DNA of 59,170 bases, the filler included, from Sphacelaria rigidula (Eukaryota): NCBI GenBank assembly GCA_964200075.2. It is 9 parts of 9 records of this genome, joined end to end, with 100 filler letters (N's around TTAATTAATTAA, not from the genome) between each part and the next. Parts side by side here need not be neighbours in the genome. Positions count along the whole stretch, not along the records: positions 46,101 to 52,585 come from CAXNAA020019801.1; positions 52,686 to 59,170 come from CAXNAA020019802.1; 7 more parts are not named here. One strand, 5' to 3'. Shown here piece by piece: positions 48,470-59,170 of the stretch; the stretch's first letter is position 1, and the number at the start of each line of letters is the position of its first letter. The notes below the pieces were generated by a model that did not search any database, was not told where the DNA came from, and saw only the letters and a list, made by a program, of their open reading frames with translations. The translations under genes were made by a program, and so were the position numbers.

Positions 48470-48626
48470 CTATCGCGCCGGGAATGGCCAGACACACGAG
48501 CCGACACAGGAGTACGCCATCCTGGAACGTGTTCAAAACGTCCGCGCCCTCGGGGTCTAACGGCAGCAAATGGTTCAGGAACGCGTCCCCTGCCAGATGG
48601 ATGTTTAGATATGACGCGAGCTCCTC
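48470..48626 (-). CDS. Calponin-homology domain exon (fimbrin/plastin-like first CH domain)
   Basis: 157-bp exon bounded by ag/gt: EELASYLNIHLAGDAFLNHLLPLDPEGADVLNTFQDGVLLCRLVCLAIPGAI (LP.DP...DG.LLC.L motif). Confidence 0.75.
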
Positions 48627-50689
48627 CTGTATGACATCGATCGAATGCAGCGCGGAGAAGGCGCGCGGGGGGCAAGGGGTAAGGGGTAAGGGGAGGTGTA
48701 ATACGATGCCAGAACGATCTTATAGTATGCGTAAGTCGCCCCGGTGGTCCATTGGTACAACCTGCAGCATTACGTCGGGGAAAATGTGGCTTTGATTCCC
48801 AGTGCGTTTGTTTATTTGTTTGTTTTCTGAGAAGGTGTTTCATTTCCGTTGTCGAAAACGTCAGTAACAGTGAGTGAGAACCTGAGAAGCAAACAACCTT
48901 ATTTGACGACCGGAATTCGACGCGCGGTGCGGGAGTGCTGATCCAATCCGCGATTCCAAAATGCAAGGCGAGTACCGGAGAGAGATGGATTATTGATCCC
49001 TCAAGACCGCGGACTCGTCTCGGGAAAATGGGGGGTTGAAAGTGAGCCCCTCTCCTTCCCCCCAAAGAAGGTATTTTAGGGCTCTTGTCCTTGTTCTTCT
49101 GCACTGCTGTGGCATAAACACAACAAGCTCACTGCACAACTTCGTTTCCCTTTCTGAGTTCCAACGATACAAAACAAAGCTCGTACTTGCTCTGTGCCAA
49201 AAGTAAAGGTAGTTATGACTATACAGACCCTTAACCGTCGCTGATGCAAAAGGCGATAATTTTCCGAAATCTTCAGTGTTTCTTTATTCAAATATAATAT
49301 ATATATATATATTCTGCGCGCACCTTTATGCATGCATGAACGGCCGAAAAAGATCAGTCGGCCCAAAGAAGGCCGCATTTTGCCCGTTCCTGGAAAACGG
49401 CGAAGAACATTGGAAACTCCCCAAAACTCCAAAAATCGCGAAAAAACGTCAAAATAACCACATGCCTCCGATTCATCAGCTTTGGACGATATCTACGCCT
49501 CGTCCAAAACCACTTGGTCACATAGCTGCCTCCAGTTGGTTACAAAACAGGCAAAACAATCGAAATTTCGCGGAAAATGGTAGAATGTGGTCGAAGTTGG
49601 TCGAAGTTGGCCACGTTTCGACCCACTAATTCTCGGTAATTTCGGCTCAGTTTTTTTTTTTTTGCGAGCATCAGCACATCAGTAGCTTTCAAAAAAACCT
49701 AACGATAGCATCGTGGGCAACTCCGTCGGCGATATACCATCTGCCCCCGATAACGGACTGTACTTATGGCACAGAGGAAGTATGTATGGACCATGATCAT
49801 GGCCTTCTCGGGCAGGCTCTGTTGTGCCTCCCACCAATCCCCTTACTCATGTAACTGTGATTCGGGCTCTGGTTCCTCTCCCTACGCTCGCACTGCACCT
49901 ACCCCTTATCTTTGTCATCCTGTGATAGGAGGGAAGAGCGAGGGGGGTACTGTACAACGCTTTGCACCTGTTGGCGTTGCCAGAGAGTGGCCCTTGTTCT
50001 CACTGTTGCTTGGTATGCACTGATATCTCTACTGCTGTACGCCGAGATTAGAGAATAGACAAATTGTTTCCAGTTTTTGCGCCTGTTCCAAGTTGTTTTC
50101 CTCAAATCCTTGGACGGATGTGAGGTACCACAGGTCAACACAAGATCGACTGGTGGAAACAGATGGAAGAATCAAACTACGTCGGTTGAACGATACATGA
50201 CGAGTCGGGGGTTCGCGACGTCGGAGCACTCCACGGTATTTTGTCACCGACATGAGAGGGTGGTAGAGGCGATGCTCTCGTGGACAAAGAGAATTGCTCA
50301 GCTGTAGAGCTGGCGGCTACCGGTGTTCAAGAGCAACCATGTGCATGAACGCCGCAAATATAGGGGCACCGCAGAAAAAGTACGGTTGTATTCATAGGAA
50401 TACAGCTCGGGAGGGGGGTTAGTCGCCCAACAACTTCTCACTGCAGAAAGCCTTACGACCCATCAACCTTGGCTATATTCAGTTTCGCTCTTTTGCTCCA
50501 CTCATACTCGACTTTTGTTCAGCGAATGTTTTCGCCAACGGTATTTGACCTCCGGCTGATCTCTATATCTGGCGACTACGGCTGGGTTCGGAGCTAATCA
50601 TGTGGTGTGAGACAGTTAATGAGTCAATCAGTCAATGGGTCGAATCAATGTCCGTTGAAAATTGCCGCCTGGGCCATAAGATGTGCTCT

Positions 50690-50780
50690 CTATTTGATTT
50701 ATTTGATTTGATTAATTGACGCACATCAACTCATCCCCCAGACATCCAGCCTTACCGTAGTAACATCATACACGTAGTCG
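50690..50780 (-). mobile_element. Retroposon 3' end with (AAATC)n-like tail
   Basis: Reverse complement ctgggggatgagttgatgtgcgtcaattaatcaaatcaaataaatcaaata resembles ctggggggtcagttaaagtgcgacaatcaatca at 2365-2397. Confidence 0.5.
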
Positions 50781-52585
50781 AGAAAAACAAAACGGAGACT
50801 CGCTGAAGGACACTGAAGAAAACAGGGAAGTGGGACAGACACGAAGGGTAGACTGAAAAAAATCATACAGAGACATATACTGTATATATGCAGAGATAGA
50901 GAGATGGAGAGAGAACAGAGAAGACGGAGGCTGCAGAAGTGATGAAGCACGAGAACATAGTACAGGAGAGTAGCTGCAAACACACAGACCGGGGAACATC
51001 GCAAGACCGCCGGCCAGGGAAAAAATCAAGGACGAAACTCACAACTCATAGGAAAAGACAGGGATACATCGCTTCCCGTGTTTTTGCCTATCTTCCCCCA
51101 TTCATCGCTAGTCGGGTATGCAGCGGGCCTTTTGAGAAAGTACGATATAAAGTAGCACAGAGTCGACCCGGCTTGGTACACACGCAGATGGAACATAATG
51201 CGCAGCGGCCAGAAAAGAGTAAGGACTACAAGTTGGTCACTACAGGGTAAAAGTGGTCTGCGAGATTCCACACTTGCGACTGGATACAAGATATATATAT
51301 ATACAATACCTGTCCTCGTCTGCGAAGGAGTGAGTCACTGCCCTAGAAGAGGCACAGAAGTGACCAGAATCCTCACAACTGTGGTCAATAAAAGGTGATG
51401 ACTGCGGCAAGTAGGAGCTAACAAGGAGACCTTGCCACCTCGGGCCAGCTTCAAGTATAGAAAAAAAATGATGGAACACCTACAACCGTGAAGCCGTGCT
51501 AACCACCATGCTGCTCTGATCAAAAGCCATAGCTAGTATCACGAGCGAGAAGGAATGATGATGCCACGGGTGAGTTGTAGAGTTGGCGGCGAAAGGTCCA
51601 AAAAGCGAAATAATATCGTGTCGAAGAGGCCAATGAAAGAACAATGTATTTGGCGTCTAACGTGAACTAGGCTTCGACAGGGGTGAGCCAATAGAGTTGC
51701 GGGTCCCGAAAAGAACGTTATCGTACCCTGCTGCCAAAGGATCTTCAGAGCGAGGCGTGATTCTCTCTTTTGTCATTTAGGCAGGGATGCGACCGTGACC
51801 GATGGTAGGCAAGGAGAAGAAGTGAACGAGGTGGTGCGGTAGTACCGGCTACGTTCTACCAGGGCTCAGACGGTGGCCTCGTTATTTCGGGATCTTGTAC
51901 CGGAGACCCTGTTTGCCTAGGTTGCCCAAGATCCAGGTTGCACAGGTTTGAACGTTTCGGGTCCGCTCATGTGTGTCACATCTTGTGAGATCGTTTTTCG
52001 TGAGGCTGTCGATTGCGCCAGCCACACGAGTGAAAGGCTGAGGGCAATGTGCCTTGTGATCGACACAGTGGACAGCTCTGCGAAACACGATCCAGCAAGA
52101 TGCCCTGCGATTTTGTTGAATTAGACTCTGAGTCCCATGTTCTTTCATCGATTTCTCTGCCACAACACGATTTCACTTTTTGGGCCGTTCGCCGCCTACA
52201 CTCTCATCTTCATGTCGGTGGATCTCAAAATTGCCAATGGACGCACAGCGACTCCCTTGAAGTTCAAAATCCGAATTTAAGAGAAAGGCAGCATGTAGGT
52301 GTACAGGTTGTCGTGCAGATGGACAGAAAGGATCATCACAACAAAAATAAATCGTAGAAATCGGTATCCATCCACGTGTACATGGAGCCAAGACACTCCC
52401 GGCCAACGTCGTACTGTGAGAGGAAACAGAGTAGAGGGATGGGTGGCGCTCTTTGGACGCTAAATATCTGGTTGTAACACGGGATATTACAAACTGAAGA
52501 TGGTATTTTTCACGGTAGATAAATCATCACGACTCAAAATCACCAAATTCACGATTTCTTCGGCCTGATTGCCCAAAAGGGAGAA

Positions 52586-52685
52586 NNNNNNNNNNNNNNN
52601 NNNNNNNNNNNNNNNNNNNNNNNNNNNNNTTAATTAATTAANNNNNNNNNNNNNNNNNNNNNNNNNNNNNNNNNNNNNNNNNNNN
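52586..52685. other. Artificial contig linker
   Basis: N44-TTAATTAATTAA-N44. Confidence 0.99.
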
Positions 52686-52740
52686 GCGAGGTCAATAGTC
52701 TTATGACTATGGCATGCATGATCATCAGTACACCCCCCCC
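52686..52740 (+). mobile_element. LINE 3' end with C8 tail (subfamily B) at the contig start
   Basis: gcgaggtcaatagtcttatgactatggcatgcatgatcatcagtacaCCCCCCCC. Confidence 0.75.
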
Positions 52741-54654
52741 GTCCCGTCCCGTCCCCTTCCCCCCTCTCCACACACACACGCACGCATGGTGCCCATGGCA
52801 GTATCATGACGTTGCTTTTTCAACTTTTTACTGATGTTGCATGCGCGCTCCGTCGCGACAGCAAATCTAGACGACGACGGTCGTGAATGCTCTCAAGCAC
52901 ATAAAGCACGTTGAGCGTAAAATCAAGATAAACGGTGCCGACACTTTCCACCAACACTGTGTTGTCCAAAAGCTAATTCATTCGTCAAGTGTCGGTTGTG
53001 CACTATCCTAATCTCTACCGAGACATTCGTGCCTCTCTCTAGCCCTCTCTCCCTCTATTTTCACATGCACAACACAGCACAACAATGGATGACACGATCC
53101 GCTGTTCGTCAGGTCGTCCGTCCTGTAAAACAGAACATACGCACATATTGTGTCGAATAAAATAAAATAAAAATAATGATTTCATAATTGATAGATAGTT
53201 AAGGTCAATAAAAGCGAATCCAAAAGGTGAAATACTAAAACTGTGGAATATGAAGTAGCCGACTACATCATGATGAATGATCACAATAATTGTCGTATCA
53301 CTGAACGAACACCCATCGGATCACTACACAGTACTACACATTCCACCATCTATACACTCTGAAGGTCATCCTTCATGCCCAGAGAGAGAGCGCGCTTTCT
53401 CACAAATGATCCAAGATACAGCACGCCTGGAATGTTGGTACGAACACAGACGCACATGAAGAACTGTTCCCTCCCCCACTAAAGGGTCAGTCATCCTGAA
53501 ATAATAGTATTTTACCGGAGTTAGTCAAACCGAAAAACCGGCTCGGCTCCACCGGTGGACCATCCCACACCGTCAAAGGAACAGCTCGCACTTGTCGTGA
53601 TATACCACTTATCGCGAGGTACATATGTTCCAGGGCAAACACCCCCCGGCGATGAAGCGATCACCTCTAGCAGCCGGTTTCGTGATAGCTTGGGCAGGAG
53701 AAGAATCGAGAGGACGAACGGACTGTTGGAAAAATGCCATCAAATTCATGGGGAATAATACTGCTGCCGATACCGTTTGCTTTCCGCCCACAGCGGTTCA
53801 GTCTGAAAGGCCCAACCTTTCATCTTTTGTGGAGGATGGGTGTTGCTGATCTTTACTCTCGGAGTATAGATGACAACCCCCGGTTTCCGGGATCACCAGG
53901 AGGAGGTGGCACCGGCTGCGCTTGCATCAAAGCAACAGTTCAACAACGTACATGGGGCACGAAACACATCGAGCTTAGAGCAGTACAGCGGCCGGTTAAA
54001 TTAGGGGAGGAGGGAGGGTTATCAAGGGGAAGGCGAATGTAGGGTTTCCTTCTCGCCGAGGGTAGGCTTGAATTGCCACGACCAGCCAGAGGGCGAAGAA
54101 TCGAATGACAATTCTTGGAAGCACACCCTCCCGTGCATGACGCATCTCTACCCACCTCTACTCCGTCCATTGCGCGGCACGCATCTCAACTAACTATGCC
54201 CTTGCACGGGAACTCGACTCGGCAACAGAGAGAGGTTAATCTCACCACTGACCCCTTGCGGGCGACGCCGCGTCACGGAAAAATATATTCCGGATGAATT
54301 TTGACGCTGGTAATCCCTAATCAAAGAGTAACGGAGTAGCTCCTTCTCGAAATTTCGAGCACCACCCCCAACGATTCACAAGAACATAAATGGACGCATG
54401 TATGTCGTGTGTTCGTGACACCCCATGAAATTGACTCATGACCTACTGCTTTAATCCAGAGCGGATGTTGAAGACTCCCCTTCAGTGGTTAATCCGGTCC
54501 CAATACGTGCCATACAGGGTGATTTCATTCAATATACCACGACCACGTGACTGAACGGGGGGAAATATATGCGGTTTACAGAGAGTAGCACGAAAAATAG
54601 GCCATCACTCAGCACGATAATCCACGAGATTACAAAACCGCGGGCGAATGGTCG

Positions 54655-57600
54655 TCAGAGATTGGCCAAGCTCGTGAATAACAAAAACAGAAGCAGCAAC
54701 AGCAGCAACAGCATCCGCGAACGAAAAACGCGTTCATTACTCACCCCAGCTGCACCGCACAGCATGCTCTTATCGGTCGCTCCAAGGACTAGTTCATTTT
54801 TAGCAAGACCAGCCGACACCTGGGACGACTGAGGCAGAGGCTCGTTGGCGGGTACCATGAGCGGTTTCGGCCATCTCCATGTTGAAGATCCCTCGCCTCC
54901 ATCAGCACTTTCCACTTCCACTTCCACCTTCGCCCGCGGCACGAGCTGAGCCGATTCATCGCTGCTATTTTGGCCGCCGCCACCACCCTGTGCGGGAAGT
55001 ACGTCACAGGCAGAAAAAGCTGCTACAAGAGTGTCGTCGGCGCGAGGAACGGCACTCGCGGTAGGCACAGCGGAAGTAGATTGATCTAGAACGGGAGTGG
55101 CCATATCCGACTTAACACTAGGCCAGAGCTTGGTCAACGAGCGGGAACTTCTGCTGATCATGTCGCCCTCCGAAGCCATGCTCCAGTTTCTCCCACGCTC
55201 GGAATCTTTCTTCACCAGCCCGCCGCTTCTCGAGGCCACGGGAACGTCGGCCGCCATTTCGGTGGTTCCTTGATTTTTGTCATTGCCACTCGCCACAGAG
55301 TCTCCCACAGCCTCAAGAGCGCAGGCAGCGCCAGGTGGTCTGTCGAACGCCGGCGCAGCTAGCGCCGATCTCGCTGGCGCTGTCGCCGCCGCCGATTCCA
55401 CGAGGTTCTGAGCCCGAGCTTCCGCGATCAGAGCGTCAGCGATTGTCTCCCGCAAGCTCTCAAGCGCACCTTTGGCTTGCAGGAGACGGCAGTTACTGCT
55501 GGCGCAACGCGAGACTTCGCTGCCGCCGGTACTATCACATCGGACGGTGCTGCTACCGCAATCGCGTGTAGCATCGCCCTTGCTGTCATCGGGAGAAGCG
55601 GAGTCATATACACTGCTGATGATAAAGCTGAGCGCGGCTTCATCCGGCGAGTTACCATTCTTTGGTACGACCGCAGAGCTCGACGACATCCGGACCGACA
55701 ACCGGTTTCCTCCGGCCTCGGAGAGAGGCGGCGCCGGCCCCGACGCGACGGAGGGCGCCGGCGCTGGGAGCAATGTTTCATCCTCGCCGTCATCGCACGT
55801 GGCGCCGTTGTTATCATTGCCGCTGAGCACTGACCTGAACGAAAATTTCCTACTAGGTTGCGTAGGGACGGATGCCGCGCCGCCTGTGCTCACGGGGCGA
55901 TCTTCCTTCAGCTTCAGCGGGGGCACTGACCCTAGCGTGAACGACAAGCCTTTTTTGGTCCGCGCGCTGTTCGTAGACACTCCATCTCTGCCTTCGCCGG
56001 AACGGCTGGCGGTAGAAGAGCTTGGGACCCCAGTCGAAGTGCGCCGCCGCGTCAAGGACGGGAGCGGGATTGAAGCGGCAGCGAACGACGACCGTCGCAG
56101 ACTTGCTGCGGTAAGTTCGTCCTTCACGGCGCGCAGAGCTATGACTACTTCTTCGGCGGTAGGTCGAGCGGTCAGGTCCTCGCTCCAGGCGGATGTCAGC
56201 AAAACCTTGAGGACCTCCGGCCATTCCTTGGGAAGTGGCGGCCGTTCTCCTTTGAGGATAACCCGCTATCGGTTTGTTCGTTTGGGTCGGGGATTGGGGA
56301 CGGAGGGGAAGGGCGTTTTTCGGGGGTGTAAGTCGGGCGAACACCAACAGACGAGGAGATATGCCAGAAAAAAAGGATGAGGATTGTCTGAACGTGGAAG
56401 GCGGCGGTCAGCATATTACCAGCACCCTTTCTCAGCACCACGGAAGAGGGCATATGAGCGCCGGAGCGTCGAGAAGGATGGAAAATGACATCATTGAAAG
56501 ATGTGTGCCCTATCCTTCTCGTTGGGAAAAAAAGGATAGGAATATCCGTCATATATATATAGAGAGAGAGATGTATTATATACTTCGCATTGTTTACGAT
56601 GCCAGGTGTTCTTCGTCCTATTGTTCCTGCGACCATGATGGAAAAACGAATGATTCCCGTAGCTCCACAGTCTGTAGTTACTTCAAACACTTGCGCAGCC
56701 ACACACGTAGACAGGCAGGGCGTAAATTACCTCAACGAAAGTCGTTTCGTTCATCGAGGAGTAGGGTCTCTTCACGGCCAGGATCTCCCAGCTGATCACT
56801 GCCCAGCTGTAGATGTCTGCTTTGACGTTGTAGGGCTCGTGCTTGACTAGTTCGGGCGCCATGTAGCGATAGGAGCCGACTTCCCCAGTCATCTGTGACG
56901 AAGAGGACGGACGAGGCACATATATTTTCTTTGTTTTTTTTATCGTTGTTTCCCTCCCTTGGAATCCTATTTATTTTCAATCTTCACACAAAGGCTCTAG
57001 CTACATATATATATATATATATATATCGATATTCCAACACGCAACCCATTTCGCCCCGAAACATGACAACTGGTGTAACGGCTGGACGGCCGGGGCGCAG
57101 TGGTACATCTTTTTTACCTCGTACTTGTTTACAAAACCGTACAGGTAGTGTTGACGGTCAGCTACCATGCTGCGAAAAATCAAATGTTGGCGAAAAAAAA
57201 AGTACATATTTCAAATCAGGCAAGCTCACGACAGGTCAATTTCTCGCAAAGCGAAAATTCTCGACGGGCTCGCGCACACACACACACACACACATCCTGC
57301 AGGATATCATGGGCATGTGATACCATCGCCGACACAGCACAAAGTTAGATTCCGGGGCGGAACACTCCGTCCGGCGTTGGTGTTCATGGTAAACCGTGCG
57401 GAATGGGAACAACGCGAGACATGCAAAAAGTAGATTCCTCCTGCCGAGGACATCGAGACAAGACATATTTTCACCACTGTAGTGATGGATTCATTGCCCT
57501 GAACCAAAACGGTACGCGAACCCGGTTAGTTGATTGTCCGTCTACGTTCGGTATTCTCCCGAGGGTATTGCACGCATACATCACTGTACCATCCCCCTCT

Positions 57601-59056
57601 CCTCCGCTCAACCCTTAGACCGGGAGAGTAGTCAGTCCAGTTGGATCATGCATAATTTTTTCACACCCTGTACAACTACAATAGTTGGTCGCTGTTTCTC
57701 AAACAGGTAACTGTTCAGAATCGTGTGCAACTAGTTGTTTCCTAACAACGAACTATATTATTTTTTCAAGTGATATTGACGGCGATTCAAGAGATGACCG
57801 ACTCTAGCCGTGCCAGGGTTGAAAATGCTCCGTTGCATATGGACACAGCACACACCATTTGTGAGGCAAACCCAACGCCAACCCGAAAGAGACAACTTTA
57901 GCGGCTTGCTGGTAGTAGAACTAGACCGACGTACCCTTAGCATTTCCGAAATAATCACTGTAGGAATTCGCGCTCGACTCTCATCTCTCAGGGATAACGA
58001 AGCGCAAAAACCTTCATCTTCATGAAAAATCGGACGGCCCTTGCACGCATAAAAAAGAGGAAATCAACAATAAGAATAGGAACCAACGACATTGTGCAGA
58101 CAGGAAATTCTGACCCTCAGAAAAAGATTTTTTGGGAACTGGATGGTAGTGTGGTTTTCGGTAGAAGTGCGTACGTAGCCGAGAAAGTTCGAAACATCAT
58201 CTCTTTCAAGTCAGTGCTGTGATGCCCCTCGCAAGAGATGCGCAACAAAGGTCCTGGAGGGTGCACGCGGGGCAATGTCCATCGGGTTCGTTTCGGTGCT
58301 CTCTCCGACCGCACCTGATATGTTTCATTCTCCGGCGTGCCAATTGGCCCCACCACTTTCGCCAGTCCAAAATCTGCAGTACGGGGTGTCGGTTGCGGTA
58401 GGCAATGCTATGCGGTTACCGAACAGTGCAGCACTACCATCAAGGTAGTAAAGAATGATCTTCTCAAGCAGGATACCATTGAATCGTACACAGCCAAGGC
58501 CTACGCCCCGGTAACCGGGAGAGCTTACTACTGAGAGCACATAACAGACACCGAGTACACGATACAATGAAATGCAGAGGCACGTAATGCAAACGTTGAA
58601 CATCGAACAATGCCTCGAAGGAAAATATGCCATGTTCGTATGCCGGACAAATTTTGACCTATGGAAAATGACTCGAATGACAGAAAATCTAATCGAAAGA
58701 GGGAGGGGGGAGGGGGGGTTATTCGTTTGTCGTTTACCCAATAACCATTCAACACGCACTCCTTTCGAGACAGGGCACCGTTCGTACCACTAATAGATAC
58801 CTCCAACAGTTGAGCGCTCATTGAGTTTCTTCCATACAGTTCACAAAAGCCCTACACATATCCCATCCTTCATATTTCGCCGTCTGCGGTTAAAAGCCCG
58901 AAGCCCCCCCCCACCCTCCCCCTCCCCCGGAGAAGACAATTTCACCAACTGAAATTTACCATTCTTGCTACCATTCCTGCTACTGCTGCTGCAAGTCTAC
59001 TCGAGAAGCTCACCGATCAACTTGAGGTTTCCATTCTGTGCGAATCCGATGTTCAC
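54655..59056 (-). CDS. TKL-type protein kinase, 3' four exons with a long low-complexity C-terminus
   Basis: Exons 59056-59014 (VNIGFAQNGNLKLI), 58373-58315 (DFGLAKVV...YQ), 56892-56731 (MTGEVGSYRYMAPE...KADIYSW) and 56265-54655 (GERPPLPKEWP...AWSEDLTARPT, then a Ser/Ala-rich tail). Phases are consistent; the 3' end is uncertain. Confidence 0.9.
58700..58888 (-). mobile_element. 5'-truncated LINE 3' end (subfamily A), ~180 bp
   Basis: G-rich tract followed by sequence colinear with 46101-46260 (ctttcgagac...gcaccgttc...ctccaaca...gcgctcatt...tttcttccatac...tttcgccgtct). Confidence 0.8.
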
Positions 59057-59103
59057 CTGCGGATGAACGCGGACGAAATACGCATGCATATGGTATACAC
59101 GAT

Positions 59104-59170
59104 GGGGGGAGGGGGGGGGGCTGTACTCATGATCATGCACGCCAAAGTAATCAGACCATTGACCTCGCAT
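59104..59170 (-). mobile_element. LINE 3' end with C-run (subfamily B) at the window end
   Basis: G-tract + ctgtactcatgatcatgcacgccaaagtaatcagaccattgacctcgcat. Confidence 0.75.

Noticed and set aside
6487..52685. Regular ~6.59-kb periodicity and the repeated TTAATTAATTAA
   Set aside because: These are artificial linkers between length-sorted contigs. Neighbourhood across linkers has no biological meaning, and ORFs containing X runs are artefacts.
55472..56380. 302-aa plus-strand ORF
   Set aside because: Antisense shadow of the GC-rich kinase exon.

Overview
This is not one locus. It is nine unrelated eukaryotic contigs (five of 6486 bp, four of 6485 bp) joined by eight identical 100-bp N/TTAATTAATTAA/N linkers. 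Long GT-AG introns, short exons and the gene content suggest a stramenopile, most likely a brown alga (inference only). Phase-consistent exon chains can be read for six host genes: a serine carboxypeptidase (S10), a spondin-domain protein, a 1,3-beta-glucan (callose) synthase, a P5-type ATPase, a TKL-type kinase, and a single calponin-homology exon. Most of the rest is transposon-derived. (1) The best candidate for an undescribed system is a non-LTR (LINE) family whose 3' end is a poly(C) run rather than poly(A). There are about 12 mostly short, 5'-truncated copies in two subfamilies, and four carry target-site duplications that include the G/C run, which suggests targeting of G/C homopolymers. 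(2) A decayed ~3.4-kb intronless AcademX-like DNA transposon gene (transposase + XPG/PIN nuclease + Cys-rich finger). (3) A 470-bp element bounded by inverted tRNA-like heads, each capped by a ~70-bp loopless palindrome. There are also tRNA-derived SINEs, a TTAA-flanked piggyBac-like MITE, several foldback elements and a frameshifted OTU protease fragment. All family assignments come from motif recognition by eye; no searches were run.
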